This document shows, in pieces, positions 48,032 through 59,265 of a stretch of 64,000 nucleotides of DNA (the stretch's first letter is position 1; every line of letters begins with the position of its first letter). Under the pieces are notes generated by a model. It was not told the origin of the DNA and did not search any database. It saw only the letters and a program-made list of their open reading frames with translations. Source of the DNA: Vitrella brassicaformis CCMP3155 (taxonomy: Eukaryota; Protista; Chromerida). Where the stretch lies: NCBI GenBank assembly GCA_001179505.1, contig CDMY01000292.1, positions 67,574-131,573 of the forward strand, read 5' to 3'. Position numbers and translations under genes: made by a program.

Positions 48032-49996
48032 ATGCAGCGTGCAGCTCAGGACGCATCGGCCTCCTTCGAGCGCGTGCTGAACCGGCTGGACGTGACGACC
48101 ACTGGGTTGGGCGCCGGTGGTCCTGGTGGTGAGAGTGACGACCGTGCCGCTGCCGGGCGATATGGGTACGCGCCGCGCCGAATGGACACACACACACACA
48201 CGGTGACACACGGTCACCGATACTCATCTCTCCTCTCCCTCTGTGTGCTGTGCTGTGTCGGTTGCTGCTCGTCATCAGGCCTTCACCTCCTGGCGGCTTC
48301 GCGGACAAGTTCGCAGACAAGGACGGCTTCGAGTGTCCCCTGGGCATCGGCGGTGGCGTCGGCGGCGTGATGCACCCCGCCATGCAGCAGATGGCCGGGG
48401 GCAGTGGTGCTCACGGCGTCATGCTCATGGGCGACCCTTATGCCGGCAGAAAAGACATAACCAGGTGTGTGTTAGTGAGGGCTGGGGGCTTGGGTGGGGG
48501 GATGGGGATAACGCACACACGAGTATTCGGTGACTGACCGTGGCTTGGCTGTCTTTGGCTGTGTGTGTGTATGTGCGCCTGGCTGTGCCTTCCTGTGTCT
48601 GGCTGTGTGTATGTCGTGGATGAAGGGGTGTGGCTGCGACTGCTGCGCCCACCAATCTGCTGGCCTTTGCTGCCGACCACCCTCATGCTCATGGTGCGTG
48701 TCCGTGTCTAGACCCCTCCCTCTCCCTCTCAGCGTGTTGGCACATCCTGCATCTGTGTGTGTCTGTCTCATCACGTCTGTTGGCCTACAGGGAAGCTCCG
48801 TCGTCCGTCTGGCGAGTGTGTGTGCGGCCCGTCGTTGGCGAGCGAGGGCTACGGGTACGAGTATCTCAGCGACGTCCCGCACATGAGACACAGGTACAGT
48901 GTGTGTGCCTCCCTCTCTCTGGTGGCCTGTGCTCTCCCTCAGTCACGTGTGATGCACTGTGGTGTGCTGTGTGTGAATGTGTTGTGCAGCACTGATCCCC
49001 TGTCCTTGGCGAGCAAGGCTAAGCGTGACATTGTGCAGCGGGGAGTCAGTGAAGGGCAGACTGGTGCGTCAGTCATGTCGCACACACAGATACATACCCA
49101 CACACACAGACGGACATCTGTCTGCCCATTTATGCGTCAGGTACAGGCTACTCGTTCTGGCAGGGCAAAGACGACCCGGCAGGCGCCCCCTCTGCTGCAG
49201 CAGGGAGCGGCGTGACACAACGATTCAAGAAAGACACCCGTACGCACACACAACCACACCCACACCCACACACGAGCCACACCAGCAAACACGCGACCCC
49301 CACACCCACCTCCCTCTGTCTGTGTCTGTGCGTCCATCCATCTATCGATCCATCCATCCATCCATCAGACACTCTGTGTGCGTTGCCATCGTCGCGTGTG
49401 GGTGGTGCTGGGTTCCCGCTGCTCCCTGGCCACACCGTCAAGTGCCGACTGGCCCGGGAGAGCGGCGTCGACGAATACCTGCTGGCGAATAAGGTGAGTC
49501 AGTGAGTGGGTTGCTGGTGTGGGTGTGTGTTGTGATGTGTTGTGATGTGTTGTGATGTGTTGTGATGTGTTGTGTGGCTGCAGGTAGCTGATCACTTGTA
49601 CCGTAGCCACGACCAGGGTGCGGGCGACTACTGCGCCATGATCAAATGCCACGCCAAACACTTGCAGGTGCGTACCCCTGACACACACACACACACACAC
49701 ACAGGGCCCCCTATGGATGCATCTGTCTCTCCGTGTGTGTCTCTCTCTCTCTCTGTCAGCTGACGTCTCTAGTGTTTGTTGACTTCCTGCCCCTTGTGCT
49801 GTGTCTGGCCTTCTACCCATCGACCTGCCAGACCAGCGGCCATGATGGCCATGAAGACTCACACACTGACTTAGACAAATCAGATATGAGCAAAACCGAC
49901 ACCAAAGACTCAGACGTGGTCGTCGCCGAGATACAGAGAATCTCAGGTACGTTTGCCGCGCCCGCACACCCAGCACACACACGTTGCCTCCATCTA

Positions 49997-50031
<35 letters not shown>

Positions 50032-51875
50032 CAGGTGACCCTGTGCTCTTCCTCCGTGTGTGGCGGGAGATTGCGGGCCTCCTGCAGGCCACTGCACCGC
50101 TCGACGCCCCATCGGCCGTGCAGCTGCAGCACGAGGAGGCGCAGGGCACACAGACCACCCAGGCGACATCAGAGATGGACGTGTGTGTCGGCATGGGCAT
50201 GGGCATGGCCATCGAGGGCGGGTTCGGCGGCATCGAGGGCGGGGACTTCTGGGGCAAGGTCGACATCGAGGAGGTCGAACGTAAGCCCGTCAAGTGAAGT
50301 CAAGTGAAGTGGCTCTCGAGCACCTTCACACGTGCGGATGTCTCTCTGTCTGTTTGTCTGTTTTTCTCCCGTGTGTGTGTCTTGTTCTTGTGTGTGCAGG
50401 TGCCATGTACGAGGAGCTGGAGCAGTCGACGGCCGTGCCGTCCGACCTGTCCTCAACCTCCACACCCACCAGCAGCCCTTCGTACGCACCCACACCAACC
50501 ACACCAACCACAACACACCACACCACACAGCACACACGCATCCCTTTGTGTCTTGGTTCCTTCCTCTCTCCTTATGTCAGAGTCGCTTCCATGAATTTGC
50601 TTAAAGAGGGTTTGAAGGAACCTGAGTCACACCCGGGGGTAGGCACGAGACAAGCAGGCCAAGAAGCGAAAGACATGGCTCTCTGTCATGTCATGTGTGT
50701 CAGCTTGAGAAGCTGTGTTCGGGTAGCCCTAGCGACATGGAGGAGGGCGCGGCGCTCATCGCCCAGTCGTCTGCGCACTGTACGCCCTCCCCTCCACCCC
50801 ACCACCAGACACACACACACAGACACACACATGCCTGTGTCTGTCGGGTGTCTGCTGTTTGTTCACTTGCAGGGTTGAGTAAGTCCCTGCTCGCGTCGCC
50901 TGATGCCCTGTCTAAGCTCAAGAGAGCGCTCGACTCATACCACGACACACACGTAACGACCTGCACACACACACACACACACACACTACAGCCGTCCTCG
51001 CAATGCATTGCATTCTTCCCTCCCTCCCTCCCTCCCTCCCTCATGTGTGTGGGTGTCTGCAATGCTGCAGGTGGGTGCGATGCCGCTGACGGTCGTCTAC
51101 CCACTGGTCGCCGCCGTCAATAACCTGGCGACAGGTACGTACGCAGCGGTCGATGCCTTACCACACACAAACAAAGATGCATCTGGGTGTGTGTGTGTGT
51201 GTGTCAATGTGTTATGACAGAGTACTCGCAAGAGCTGCTGTCCTGCGGTTTGGCGGACACCCTCGTGTCGCTGCTCAAGAAGAGCACTCACACCGTCCAG
51301 TCGGCGCCCGCACTCTACACCGCCGCGGCGCAGTCCACCCACCACACCCACACCACCACCACCACTGTCACGCGGACCTCGTTCACACAGGAGACCATTA
51401 CCAGCACAATGATGGTCAGACAGAGAGAGACAGAGAGAGAAGGGCAAACAAACGGGCACACCACTTTCTCCTCTCTCTGTGTGTGTGTGTATGTGCAGGC
51501 GGCGTCCTTTCACACGAGCAGCAGCAGCATGTACACGGACGTCTGTGTGGGGGGTGTGGGCGGGGTGGCCGAGCTGGAGCCGCCGGTGGTCGTGCGGGAG
51601 ATGGCCAAGGCCATCAGGGACCTCTGCAAAGCCCCTTATGTGGAGTCCAACCTCCTGGAATCACTCCACACAAGCATCCGGTAACACACACACACACACT
51701 CAGACATTGAGCCACCCATCCCATCCCATCCGCGTGTGCGTCTGGTGTGTGTGTGTCTGCCCACCATTCCTTCAGTGATCTCGAGTCGACGGTGTCATAC
51801 GGGCGATCTTTCGACCACGTAGCTCTGCAGCACGTCAGGGCCGCCATGCACGCACTCAGAGGACACCTGGCCTGA
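48032..51875 (+). CDS. Hypothetical multi-exon protein, C-terminal helical (ARM/HEAT-like) region
   Basis: ATG 48032 MQRAAQDASASFERVLNRLD. More than 12 GT/AG-bounded exons with protein-like frames (VADHLYRSHDQ; LVFVDFLPLVLCLAFYP; DPVLFLRVWREIAGLLQ; PLVAAVNNLATG; SQELLSCGLADTLVSLLKK; VVREMAKAIRDLC); stop TGA 51873-51875. The ARM-like call is an inference from the pattern. Confidence 0.6.
49531..49570 (+). repeat. Intronic 10-bp tandem repeat (tgtgatgtgt)x4
   Basis: Directly visible, just upstream of the acceptor at ~49582. Confidence 0.9.
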
Positions 51876-54553
51876 CGTGCCGTGCGTGCATGGTGGACGG
51901 GCGGATGGCTTTGTTTGTGTGTGCGCGTACGTGACGAGTGTGTGATTGTGTGTATGTTTGTTGATCGATTCGATGTGTGTGTGTGTGTGTGTGTCTGTGT
52001 GTGTGTGTTTATTTGTCACCCAACACCCTGCGCCTGACTTGAGTGCCTGACTGACTCAGTTGTGTCTCTCTCGATGGACAGCCATACCCCATGGGATGGG
52101 TGTGTGGTGTGGTGTGGTGTGGGTGTACGTGTGCGCCACTACTCTCAACTTTTTTTAGATCAACGATACGATGGATATGAGTGCTCGCCACACACACACA
52201 CACACACACGGACAGATGCACAACCTTGCCAACCTTCCTGAATGCCTCAGAATAAGAATCAGAGAGAGAGACACGCACACACGGCACGCCCATTTTGGCG
52301 TGGCGTGTGTGTGTGGTGTCAGAGTTCCGTCTGTCTGTCTGTCTGCCGGTAGATGCGCGCGTACGTCAAAGCGTCGCATTTTTTGTAGAGACTGTGTGTG
52401 GACGGATGAATGAATGGGTGACCGGCAGACAGCAAAACAGGCAGGCAGGCAGGCAGGCAAGACACAGAGAGAGAGGGGGAGACAGGTCCGTGACAGACAA
52501 GGGAAAGATAAACGGCCGGTTTTCGCTTTTGCGTCATCTGCCGTCTTTCTGTGTCCAATGGCACTGACACGCGGCAGATTGAGCCATCCCACCGGCATCA
52601 ATCGGCTACCGTGGCTGTGCAGGTGGCACAGAAGGACGGGAGAGACCGAACGGTAGCGAACGGGCAGCCAGCCAGCAATGCATTAAAGTCATGACAACCA
52701 ACCGTCCGTGAAGATTCTTTTCGCTCTGCTGTCGCGTTCGTCTGTATCGTGGCCGCCACGTCCGATCTGTGCTGAATCGAGGTCAGCACGGCAGATCGCA
52801 CGTGGCGGCTTCGGCGTTGATGAAGTCGACAGAAGGTGAGTGACATGACGCGGACAGAGCAGAGAGGCAGTGGGTGGCATGAGAAGCAGTGGCAGTCAGT
52901 GAGTAAACAGGGCTTGCGGTGTGGTGTGTTTGTTCCGTTGGCGGCTGTGGTCCGTAGGTGTGTTTCCTCTTCTGTTTCTTTAGAACTGTCTTTCTTTGGT
53001 GGTGGTGGTGGTTTGTTGCGCTTTGAACCAATCAAGCTGCTTGGCCGCACACACACACAGGGAGAAGAGAAGCGAACGAGACAGACAAAGGCACACGAAT
53101 GTGGGGCTAGCCTGGAGGCACCTGCCCGCCACAGTTATCCGTCGGGGCGAGGCACGTACTTGACGTGTGTGGTGTGTGTGGTGGTGAGAGGGGTTTTTGT
53201 GCAGTGCATGTGCAGTGGGTGTGCGTGTGGACGTATGCGCGGCGCCAGCTTGTCTCGCCTGTCGACGGACGGACGGACGGACGGAGTCCTTCTGCGTCCC
53301 GCTGTGCTTGTAATTTTTGCCTAGAATGTGTGCGCGGTGCGGTGGGGTGCCTGGCCTGTCGACCTGCCGGCCTGTCTGCCTGCCTGCCGGTCTTGTGTGC
53401 ATTGGTGGCATGGCGTCGGTAGGTGTAGGTGACTGACTGACTCAGTTCTTCCTCGCTCGCGCTCTCTCCCTCTGTCTGCCTGCCTAATACTCCTCTGGCA
53501 ATTCGATCGTCCCACCCCATCTCATCCCATCTCATGAATGGCTAGCTGCGACGGCGGGCCATTGCGTGGGCGGCCGGCCTGCAGACATCGACACACACAT
53601 ACACGTACAGATGTACATCAGCGTTTGTTGTGGTTCTTCTGATGGTGGCGGTGGTGGTGGTGGTGCATCGGGTGCTCGTGTGTTGTAAGCCTGTCTGTCT
53701 CCCTGTGTGTGTGTGTGTTACATGTACCTGGCTGGACACTCGGCATCGTGTGAACTTTCTTCTTCCCTGCCTCCCTCTCCCTTAATCTGACTGCTTGTCT
53801 ACTCGCCCGTCTGCGGCAGCCATATCGGAACCTTCCCCCCACCCACACCCACCCCCCATCATCACTACGCGAGATGTGTGCATCTGCAGACGGTTATGCG
53901 GCCTTCATCCAATGCCGCCCTGCCCAATGGCGCGTTGCCGTTGATCGTGTTCATCGGCACCATTCCCGGCGCACACATGAGTCTGGTTCGTTCCTCGCCC
54001 GCCCTCCCATCTCTTGTCAGGGTAAGCAGTGGGACCCTGCCTCAACCTCTGCTGCAATGAGGCCTGGCCGGTCTTCCGGTGGTCTTCTGCCATGCCTTTC
54101 GGGGTCCTGCTGACACTTGTTCCAGCCATGTCTCTGTCTGTCTGTCTGTCTGTGCATCATGCTGCTGGGGCTTGATGCGTTGCGTTACTGAATGCGCTTT
54201 CATTACTTGATAGCTCAATCGCCTGCCTGCATGCCTGCCTGGGTCCGTGCTGACTCTTTCCTCCCTGTCCACACGGCCCTTTAGGTGATGTATGGGTCCG
54301 TCTGTCTGTCTCTCTGCAGATGCCACGCCATGCCATGCGCACGTCGGTCTGTTCATTACAGTATAGATGTCTATTCTTGCCAAAACTGCTGTCGCAGATC
54401 CGCCGAGGGAAGCCAGCGGTCAGCAACGCCACACCACACCACAAAGAGAGTAAGGCAGCAAAAGCAGACCAGAGTTCAGTTCAGTGACCCCACAAGCCAG
54501 CCAACCAACCAGAGAGACAGGGGAGAGGCGAGGCTGGCTGTGTGCTGTTTATC

Positions 54554-55449
54554 TCATTCGCAGCCGATGGCCTCCTCTATGTCCTGCAGGCGCCGCTGCA
54601 GCCCCAAGATCTGCTGACACAGAGACGTCTTCTCGCCCTTCAATGTCGTCACCTACACCACACCCTAATGTGAGCGGTTGCAACACTCAGACGAACAGAG
54701 GGGGGCTGCCCTGGTACTTACCTGCTGCTGGAGCCGCGAGTTCTCGGCTTTCTGCTGTCCGAGGTGTTTTTTGATCTCTTCTTGCAGCCTGGCGATGTCG
54801 CCCGACATGGCCTTCTTGAGCTCCAACAGTTGACTGTGATAATGATGCTGGCACACACACACACACAAACAGCAGAGAGAGAGATATAGAGAGAGAGAGA
54901 TGGAGCGCCATGATTTGTCCCTTGTGTGTGCATGGTCGGTCTGCTGCTGACTTCAAGGTTTTGTTTGTCGGCTCGTAATGCCTCAATCTCCTGTCGTTGG
55001 GCAGCCAGCTCCTCATTCTGCACACTGATGTACTCCTGCATTGAGATTGCATGCACCCACACATCGAATGCACACCACATGCAGGGGCAGGCCATGCACT
55101 TCGGTCTCTTCTCTCTCCGTCGACCCACCTCCAGGGACGCCAGTTTGCCCTTCAGCCCAGTGCCCCCCTGACTCGTGCGTGTCTGTCCGACCAGAACAAC
55201 ACAAGCGATACACACGAGTGTTGCCGCCCCTGCACGTGTGTGTTATCCCTCGTCTGGTTGCCATGACCGTGTTCATCATGTTCTGTGCGCTGAGGGCCAT
55301 CGTGTTGGGTGGAGTCTTGGCGTGAGGGGGCGACACCGCTGTGTCATCCATATGGTGTTGTGCGAGGGGGGGCGACGGGGGAAAGGAAAACGAAGCCATA
55401 CAGGGGTGTATGAGAGGTCAAAGGTGATGTTCGTTCACTTACCTGCCAT
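54554..55449 (-). CDS. Small coiled-coil protein (multi-exon)
   Basis: ATGGCAG|gtaagt first exon. Later exons GGTGLKGKLASLE, EYISVQNEELAAQRQEIEALRADKQNLE, HHYHSQLLELKKAMSGDIARLQEEIKKHLGQQKAENSRLQQQ and VTTLKGEKTSLCQQILGLQRRLQDIEEAIGCE* show heptad patterning; stop 54554-54556. Confidence 0.75.
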
Positions 55450-55935
55450 TTTGGCAATGGTGAAGTGGGAGCAAAAGGGAGAACTGAAGCGCGCATGGGT
55501 CGAGAAAAAACGGCCGAAGCCGTTAGATCGAACTCATCACCCTTTGCCCCATCGATGATAACGAGCTGAGGGCGTCATGACTCATTCAGCGGCATGACAT
55601 TTATGTCGACGCGTTTCAAGTGCCAAGATCCAAGGCCTTGACCTGCTCTCTATAGCTATCTACCTAACTGTACCATGTCGCACAGAATCAGGCTGGGCTA
55701 ATTCGCCGCCCGACTAAATCACCCTAGTACTCTGTCTGGTACACACAGAAAGACTTGAGTTGTCCGATACCCACAAATACATACAGAGGGCATAAATACG
55801 GCGTTATGCACGTCTACGCTGCGACATGACAAATACAGAAGGCACAACTGAGACATGAGATCCCCTACAGCCACAAAGAGAGCATTCTCCCCTCCCCCGT
55901 CCCCCCTGTCCCTCCCCCCCGCCCCCCGAATTCAC

Positions 55936-58698
55936 TCACAAGTACACCTGCTGAGTGTCTGTGATGGGCTGTCGGCATCTCGGGCACAGGCGGTCGGCCG
56001 GGGGGCCGCTCATCAACACGCCAGCACACCCACCACACAGACAGATGTGGCGCTGCATGCACACACGGATACCAAACAGACATGTAATAATGACGGCAGC
56101 ACGGCGTGACACTGTTGTGCTTACACATGGGACGAGTAGAGTGGACTTGTAGTCGGCCATGCAGACGTCGCACTTCAAACCGTCGTCAGCTGCAGCCGGT
56201 GTGGTATCACTGCTGGCCTGCTGGTGCTGCTGCTGCAGGTGGTGACTCGACTGGACAAGCCTGAGGAGAATAAGATGGCATTCATACACGAAGAGACATG
56301 TGGATGGATGGATGTCGGTCTCATGTCGATTGGCTCACTTCCACTGTGCTTCTTGCAGCTGCCGTATCAGCGCGTCGTTCTCCTGATCCTTTTGGCTCAG
56401 TTGTCGGCGGAGCTGACCCACCAGATGCTCGGCAGCAGCAGCACTGTCCGTCCCAACTCCGCTCTCTCCCCCGCCACAGCGTCCTCTCTGTCCATCCGCT
56501 GCCTGTGAGCTGCTGCCGGCCGATACGGACGTCCGCTGTGCCAATGCCGTGTTGGCGAGTGGGCGGACAAGCCCGGGGGGAGGGGGCTGCTGCGGTCGGG
56601 GAGGCAATGGAGAGGAGCCGATGGACGGCGGCATAGCAGCCATTGGGACGAGGGGCGGGGGGCCGCTGACACACAAACACGATACACACACACGATGAGT
56701 GAATGTGTCTCTGTCTGTCTGTCTGTCTGTGCGTACCGGTGTGCGCGTGTTTGGGTGGGCATGTTAGTATCCAGTCCACGGCCGGCAGGGGGCCGCCGTG
56801 CAGCAGACGTGAAAGGCAGACCACTGATACTGCACCAACACAACGGATAGAGAGAAGACCACACACACACTGTGCACTTAGAGTGGGCAGCAATGCGCAT
56901 ATGAAATTCGGCTTACTTGAGCGGCTGTGTATGGGTCACAGGTGCATGCTGGCGTGTGGATGCCGGCTCTTGTTGGTCTGGCTGGAGGTGTGAACGTGCC
57001 TTCTTGTTTTTCTTTCGGACGACGGTCACGAACTCTGCGTCGCTTTCCTCACGATCGACAGACGAGGTGGCGGGGGCAGGGACGGCAGACGAAACATCAC
57101 ACGACGGTGAAGGGGCAGCACTGCACACAGAGAGAGAGGGAGGGAGAGGGAGAGACGGTGTCAGTGAGGCAATGAGGCCGTCTTCACTGTGGCTGTGTGT
57201 GGTTACGGTTGGGGGTCGGCAGATGGAGTAGAGGGCGGCTGCTCGTCTGCGTCGGTCTCGACCGCACCAGTGGCCACACTAAGGAATGACACACACAGAA
57301 CACAAATCATCTCTGCACATCTGATGGCCACTCGCGAGTGTATGGGTGATCCCACCTGCTGTCGGGTGCCTCGTCGTCCTCAATCGCTTCAAGCTCGATG
57401 GACACTGGCCGCTGCTGCTGCTCGCGCTGTTGCTGCTGCTGGTGTCCACCGATCTTGCCGCCTCTCTTGGCCTTCTTGGCCTTCTCCCTCGCCTCCTCAG
57501 CTATCAGCTCCTCGGCCATCTTGGCGGCCATGGCGGCACCACTGTCCTTCTGCTGCTGCTGCGGTGGGGCGCTCGGCTTTTGCATGTCCTTGTGGATGTC
57601 CTGCACGAGTTTGCGGATGTAGCGAAGGGCCGGTGTGGTCCGCACCAGCTGGATGTCCGCACCGTGCCGCAGCAGTGTGCGGACCACCTGCTTGGCCTTG
57701 TCGAGCTTCTCTGGTTCCGCCTTGGCTTTCTGGCGACGACCGGTCAAACAACAGCCCGCAAGCTCAAGCACCGAGATCATGTTGCCCTCTGCTTTTGTGT
57801 TGTTGATCTCCTCCTTCCCGAGCCGCTCGCACAGCCACTCCACCACACAAGGCGCACCCGCAAGGACGGCGGTGCCGAGGGGCGTGTTGCCGTATGCATC
57901 CCTGGCTGTGAGGGAGGCGCCGTGTTGGGCCAGCAGGTCGAGGTAGGCGCATATGAAGTCACGCGACATGACGCTCTCCGCCGCTCCGGCATTGTGGATG
58001 GGGGTGCCCTGCCTCTCGCCCCCCGTCTCGCTTACAAGCGCCGGGTCGTGCTCGAGCATACGACGGTACACATTCAGCAGGTCGGTCTCGTACTGGGGGG
58101 ACGGAGGGGACGGAAGACATGGCCAAAAAGCCAGGTGCAGCCCGTGGGTCACCGCACCAGCCCTGAGCAGCACGTCGACGGCCGTGACGTTGGCACACAA
58201 GCGGGTCCGATGCAGAGGCCGGCCTTTTTCATCCGGCCGACCGTTGGGATTGGCCCCGGCCGCTATGAGTGCTTCGAGCACCGCCTGCTGCAGCTCATGG
58301 GATGGCCACGGAGGGAGGGTAACGTCCGTGATCTCCTCACCCACGACATCGTCATCGTCATCGTCATCGATACGCCCGTTGACCACGTCGTCGATGACCA
58401 AGGACAGCAACCCCATGGGCGTCAGACGGCACGACGACAGGTGCAGCTGAAGACCCAGGTCCGCGTCGGCCCCCTCTTGACACAGACGAGTGACGTCCTC
58501 AGCCGATGTGATGGTGCGGCAGACGGCTCGGGCCGCCAGCTCCATGGTGGCAGCATCGTCGCCACCCTCGCTGCGGACACCGACCTTGGAGCAGCCCTGG
58601 GGCTCGAGCAGCTCCCTCAGGCGGCGAGAATGAGGGTCTTCCAGTGCAGGCTCCCACTCCTGGTCCCATACGGTGTGACGGCGGGGCTCCTCGGACAT
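55936..58698 (-). CDS. Ankyrin-repeat + coiled-coil + C3HC4 RING protein (paralog 2; inverted duplicate of 7804-10603)
   Basis: MSEEPRRHTVWDQEWEPAL...; same exon order and phases as paralog 1. RING CDVCMADYKSTLLVPC-RHICLCGGCAGVLMSGPPADRLCPRCRQPITDTQQVYL*; stop 55936-55938. Confidence 0.88.
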
Positions 58699-59265
58699 CT
58701 GACCGGCACGCGTCTGCAACAGAAAAACAAAATGAGGGGAAATGAAGGAACAAGAGACCTGTGCGAGGATTTGAGGCTGACCTGATGTCCAAATGGTCAA
58801 CAGAGAGCCACGACTACATCTTGCCGCCGGCCCAACGGTTTTGTTCCTTCCAGGGTGTTTACATTTGGCTGGATGGTCTGGCCGTACAAGCAACTAATGC
58901 CAATGGATGAACCGTCCATCCACCCAACACTCTGTCTGTCTGTCGGTGTGTCTGTCTGCCACTCGGTCTGTCTGTCTGAGCGACCGGACGCGCTCTTACA
59001 TACATGAAGGGGGAAAGTCCCTGTGCGAGACGTTTATTCAGAGAAGCCCTTATGGTCTGGTTGGGCGCATGCACATGTCTTCACAGGCATGTCTACACAA
59101 AGACCTAGATACGCATCATGATTCGTGTCTCAAACTGCCTCATCCAGGCAAAAGAAGTTACACAATCTCGCACAATCTCACACCCCACACTTGCACCGCC
59201 CTTAGCGGCGCCCTCCCCAGCGATTCATCAATCTGCACATGCAGTGCTCGCGCTGCAGTGCTGGA

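Noticed and set aside
52790-52836. QIARGGFGVDEV resembling a protein-kinase glycine loop
   Set aside because: No VAIK, HRD or DFG exons were found nearby; too short to support a call.
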